From Amoeboradix gromovi X-113 (Eukaryota > Fungi > Sanchytriomycota): a DNA stretch of 9,848 nt. A model generated the notes under the pieces. It made no database searches. It saw only the letters and a program-made list of their open reading frames with translations, and was not told the origin of the DNA. The stretch lies in assembly GCA_018985225.1 (NCBI GenBank), contig JADGIF010000372.1:1-9848 (forward strand). Reading direction: 5' to 3'. The position numbers were made by a program, and so were the translations under genes. How positions within the stretch are numbered: position 1 is the stretch's first letter; each line of letters opens with the position of its first letter. Positions 6,775 to 9,848 of the stretch are shown here, one piece after another.

Positions 6775-8262
6775 TTTTTTCTTAAAAGTACTTAAAGGGA
6801 TAATGGAAGGTCTACCATGAGCACAAACAAATGGATTCTTGCACAATTTTAATTGATTAATTAACAAATTGCATTGGTTGATAGATAACGAGTCGCCGAA
6901 CATGATTGCCGAGCGACAAGCAATACTGGCAAGAGTAGGCAGTACGCATTCTGAAAAACCATGGTTATTTAAGTAACGAGATAAAATATCTTCACAACGA
7001 ACCAAAGTATTTGAAGAATATATCAATACTGTTGGTATTGATATAAGCTGTAAGTTATCAGTAATTTGGTATTCTATCTTCGATTCTTTTCCGATAAAGG
7101 CACTGTGATCATCTAAATAACTTAACTGTTCAGAACTAAAAAAGCAAGATATATCACGATAACATTCAACTTTATTGTAGCACCTGACAATTTCTTCCAG
7201 CCTTATTCTTTCATCCACTGCATGTTGATCCAAGCAGTACAATACACACTCTTTACTAATCAGAACGCTAATTAAAACAAATTTTCTATCTACTTGACCA
7301 ATAACCGTGGCGTTGTCAAATGCACTGCGTTCAATAGTTACAGATTTTAATTTACCAGCTCTCTGGACCTTGAAAACATTTTCTTTTGCAGTACAGATAA
7401 AGGTGTGATTTGTGACATTTGCAGGGTTCAACGGCGCAATTGATTGAATAGTGTTTATTTTATACACATCTCCCGTAACAAGCTTAGATGCTTGTGGTAC
7501 TGCTAAGCAGCATTTGGTATAATTATTTAACGGTTTTGAAAAACAGTTTATAATTACTTCTAAAGTGGCGAAAGATAAAGATTGCGTAGAATCTAGTAAA
7601 GAACAATTAGAAGATTGAAATAAGACTGAGTGTTTAAAATTCCTCTCTTCCAATTGTCTAGAAAAATTAATGAAGTACGAGCCAACTCTCGCAAACCCAA
7701 CGGCTCTCCTGTAAACCAGTTTTTCAACTTTTATTTGTTTTACAGTTCCAATTTTTACTTCAAAGCTATCAATTATAACTATTTTTTCGCGAATGTGTTT
7801 TTGCGTGTTAGTTTGGATGAGTTCAAAATCTTTTTCAATGAACAAAAACTGCATAACCTTTGCGATCAACTTGAGCTCATTGGAAAACACAAAGAAACTA
7901 AAGGAGTGATGCCGAACTGGGTAGTTTGTGAACAAGTTTGATATTTTTAGATAATATCTGGTTGACGTTGTCTTTCTATATACAACACTGCCATTCTCAT
8001 ATGTTTTAATTTGTCTAATAACTGACAATGGATCTAAACAAGTCTCTAGTTTACTTAAATTTGATAAAATACTAAACAACTCTATTTCACTGGAGTTTAA
8101 ATCCTTACCTTTCGATACAATTAATTCTAAAGTTAGTTCTTCAGAATAGTAGCACTTGATCGATAACTCTGATAAAATACTAATACATATTGCTAATAGT
8201 TTGGAGAAGTCAAACAGATATCCAGTTTCTATCAAAGATCTAATGTGACAAACTGAAATCAT
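6772..8262 (-). CDS. MLH3: MutL homolog MLH3-like endonuclease with degenerate N-terminal ATPase domain (496 aa)
   Basis: It has GQVDRKFVL, the endonuclease motif DQHAVDERIRLE (7195-7230), ACRSAIMFGD and PFVCAHGRPS, which is an MLH3-type C-terminus. A remnant NLFTNYPVR lies in the N-half. The first ATG is at 8262; the track's 8292 start is GTG. Confidence 0.85.
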   Translation of the reverse strand: MISVCHIRSLIETGYLFDFSKLLAICISILSELSIKCYYSEELTLELIVSKGKDLNSSEIELFSILSNLSKLETCLDPLSVIRQIKTYENGSVVYRKTTSTRYYLKISNLFTNYPVRHHSFSFFVFSNELKLIAKVMQFLFIEKDFELIQTNTQKHIREKIVIIDSFEVKIGTVKQIKVEKLVYRRAVGFARVGSYFINFSRQLEERNFKHSVLFQSSNCSLLDSTQSLSFATLEVIINCFSKPLNNYTKCCLAVPQASKLVTGDVYKINTIQSIAPLNPANVTNHTFICTAKENVFKVQRAGKLKSVTIERSAFDNATVIGQVDRKFVLISVLISKECVLYCLDQHAVDERIRLEEIVRCYNKVECYRDISCFFSSEQLSYLDDHSAFIGKESKIEYQITDNLQLISIPTVLIYSSNTLVRCEDILSRYLNNHGFSECVLPTLASIACRSAIMFGDSLSINQCNLLINQLKLCKNPFVCAHGRPSIIPLSTFKKK

Positions 8263-8278
8263 TTTTGAAACAATTTCG

Positions 8279-8551
8279 ATGGTCAAGATCACAAAAGCTG
8301 CCCAATTCTCAATAAGATTTGCAATCGTTTCGTTTTCGTACTTTTTACTCCTGCTTCTTCCACAGAATAATTTGTTTATGCAACAAATCTGGCCTGTATT
8401 ACCCTTTTGGGCTCTGGTAAGCGTAGGGTGTTATGCTTTCATCAAAATTGGCAAGGATTTACTAACCATCAAAGAATGCCCTGATGCTTATAAAGAATTA
8501 ATCAAAGATATTGCGTCTTGCAAGGATGAGCTAAGTAAACACAATTTATAA
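8279..8551 (+). CDS. DPM3: Dolichol-phosphate mannosyltransferase subunit 3 (90 aa)
   Basis: Two hydrophobic segments, then LPFWALVSVGCYAF and ECPDAYKELIKDI in a coiled-coil tail; size typical of DPM3. Confidence 0.88.
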   Translation: MVKITKAAQFSIRFAIVSFSYFLLLLLPQNNLFMQQIWPVLPFWALVSVGCYAFIKIGKDLLTIKECPDAYKELIKDIASCKDELSKHNL

Positions 8552-8567
8552 ACCCAATGTTTTATTC

Positions 8568-9724
<1,157 letters not shown>

Positions 9725-9751
9725 TTAAAGGAGGTGCTCCATACGCAGGAA

Positions 9752-9848
9752 ATGCTATCAGTAATAAAAGATCTTCTATTATACCAATTTTCTTTCATTG
9801 ATTGTATTCCTCTTTTTAAAATAAAAATAGAAGACCCTGCATCTCGTT
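9752..9848 (+). CDS. Possible 5' end of a gene divergent from GAPDH (unidentified, runs off the window)
   Basis: The ATG at 9752 is open to the window end (MLSVIKDLLLYQFSFIDCIPLFKIKIEDPASR), and TATAAAA lies at 9701-9707. No recognisable motif. Confidence 0.25.
   Translation, partial: MLSVIKDLLLYQFSFIDCIPLFKIKIEDPASR

Noticed and set aside
651-8551. Functional gene cluster (DNA repair NABP/PSO2/MLH3; dolichol pathway ALG1/DPM3)
   Set aside because: The genes are interleaved with unrelated ones in mixed orientation, and co-location is plausible by chance in a gene-dense genome. It would need conserved synteny.

Overview
AT-rich, extremely gene-dense eukaryotic DNA, most like a compact early-diverging fungus (inference from GAPDH, DPM3, SOSS-B and intron style). 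It begins with the decayed 3' half of a Fanzor1-like (eukaryotic TnpB) nuclease gene (1-543). This is followed by a hairpin/pseudoknot-forming segment where a Fanzor omegaRNA is expected (~560-650). Eight host genes follow: SOSS-B/NABP OB-fold ssDNA-binding protein, a GCK-III Ste20 kinase, PSO2/SNM1, an SDR oxidoreductase, ALG1, an MLH3 with an eroded ATPase domain, DPM3 and GAPDH. Three genes split in the ORF track are rejoined by four ultra-short GT-AG introns (19, 19, 19 and 20 nt), all with an A exactly 6 nt from the 3' end. Five consecutive gene-to-gene spacers are only 12-38 bp. Poly(A) hexamers overlap or abut stop codons, and TTTGAAA precedes several start codons. All assignments come from motif recognition and hand translation; no database searches were run.
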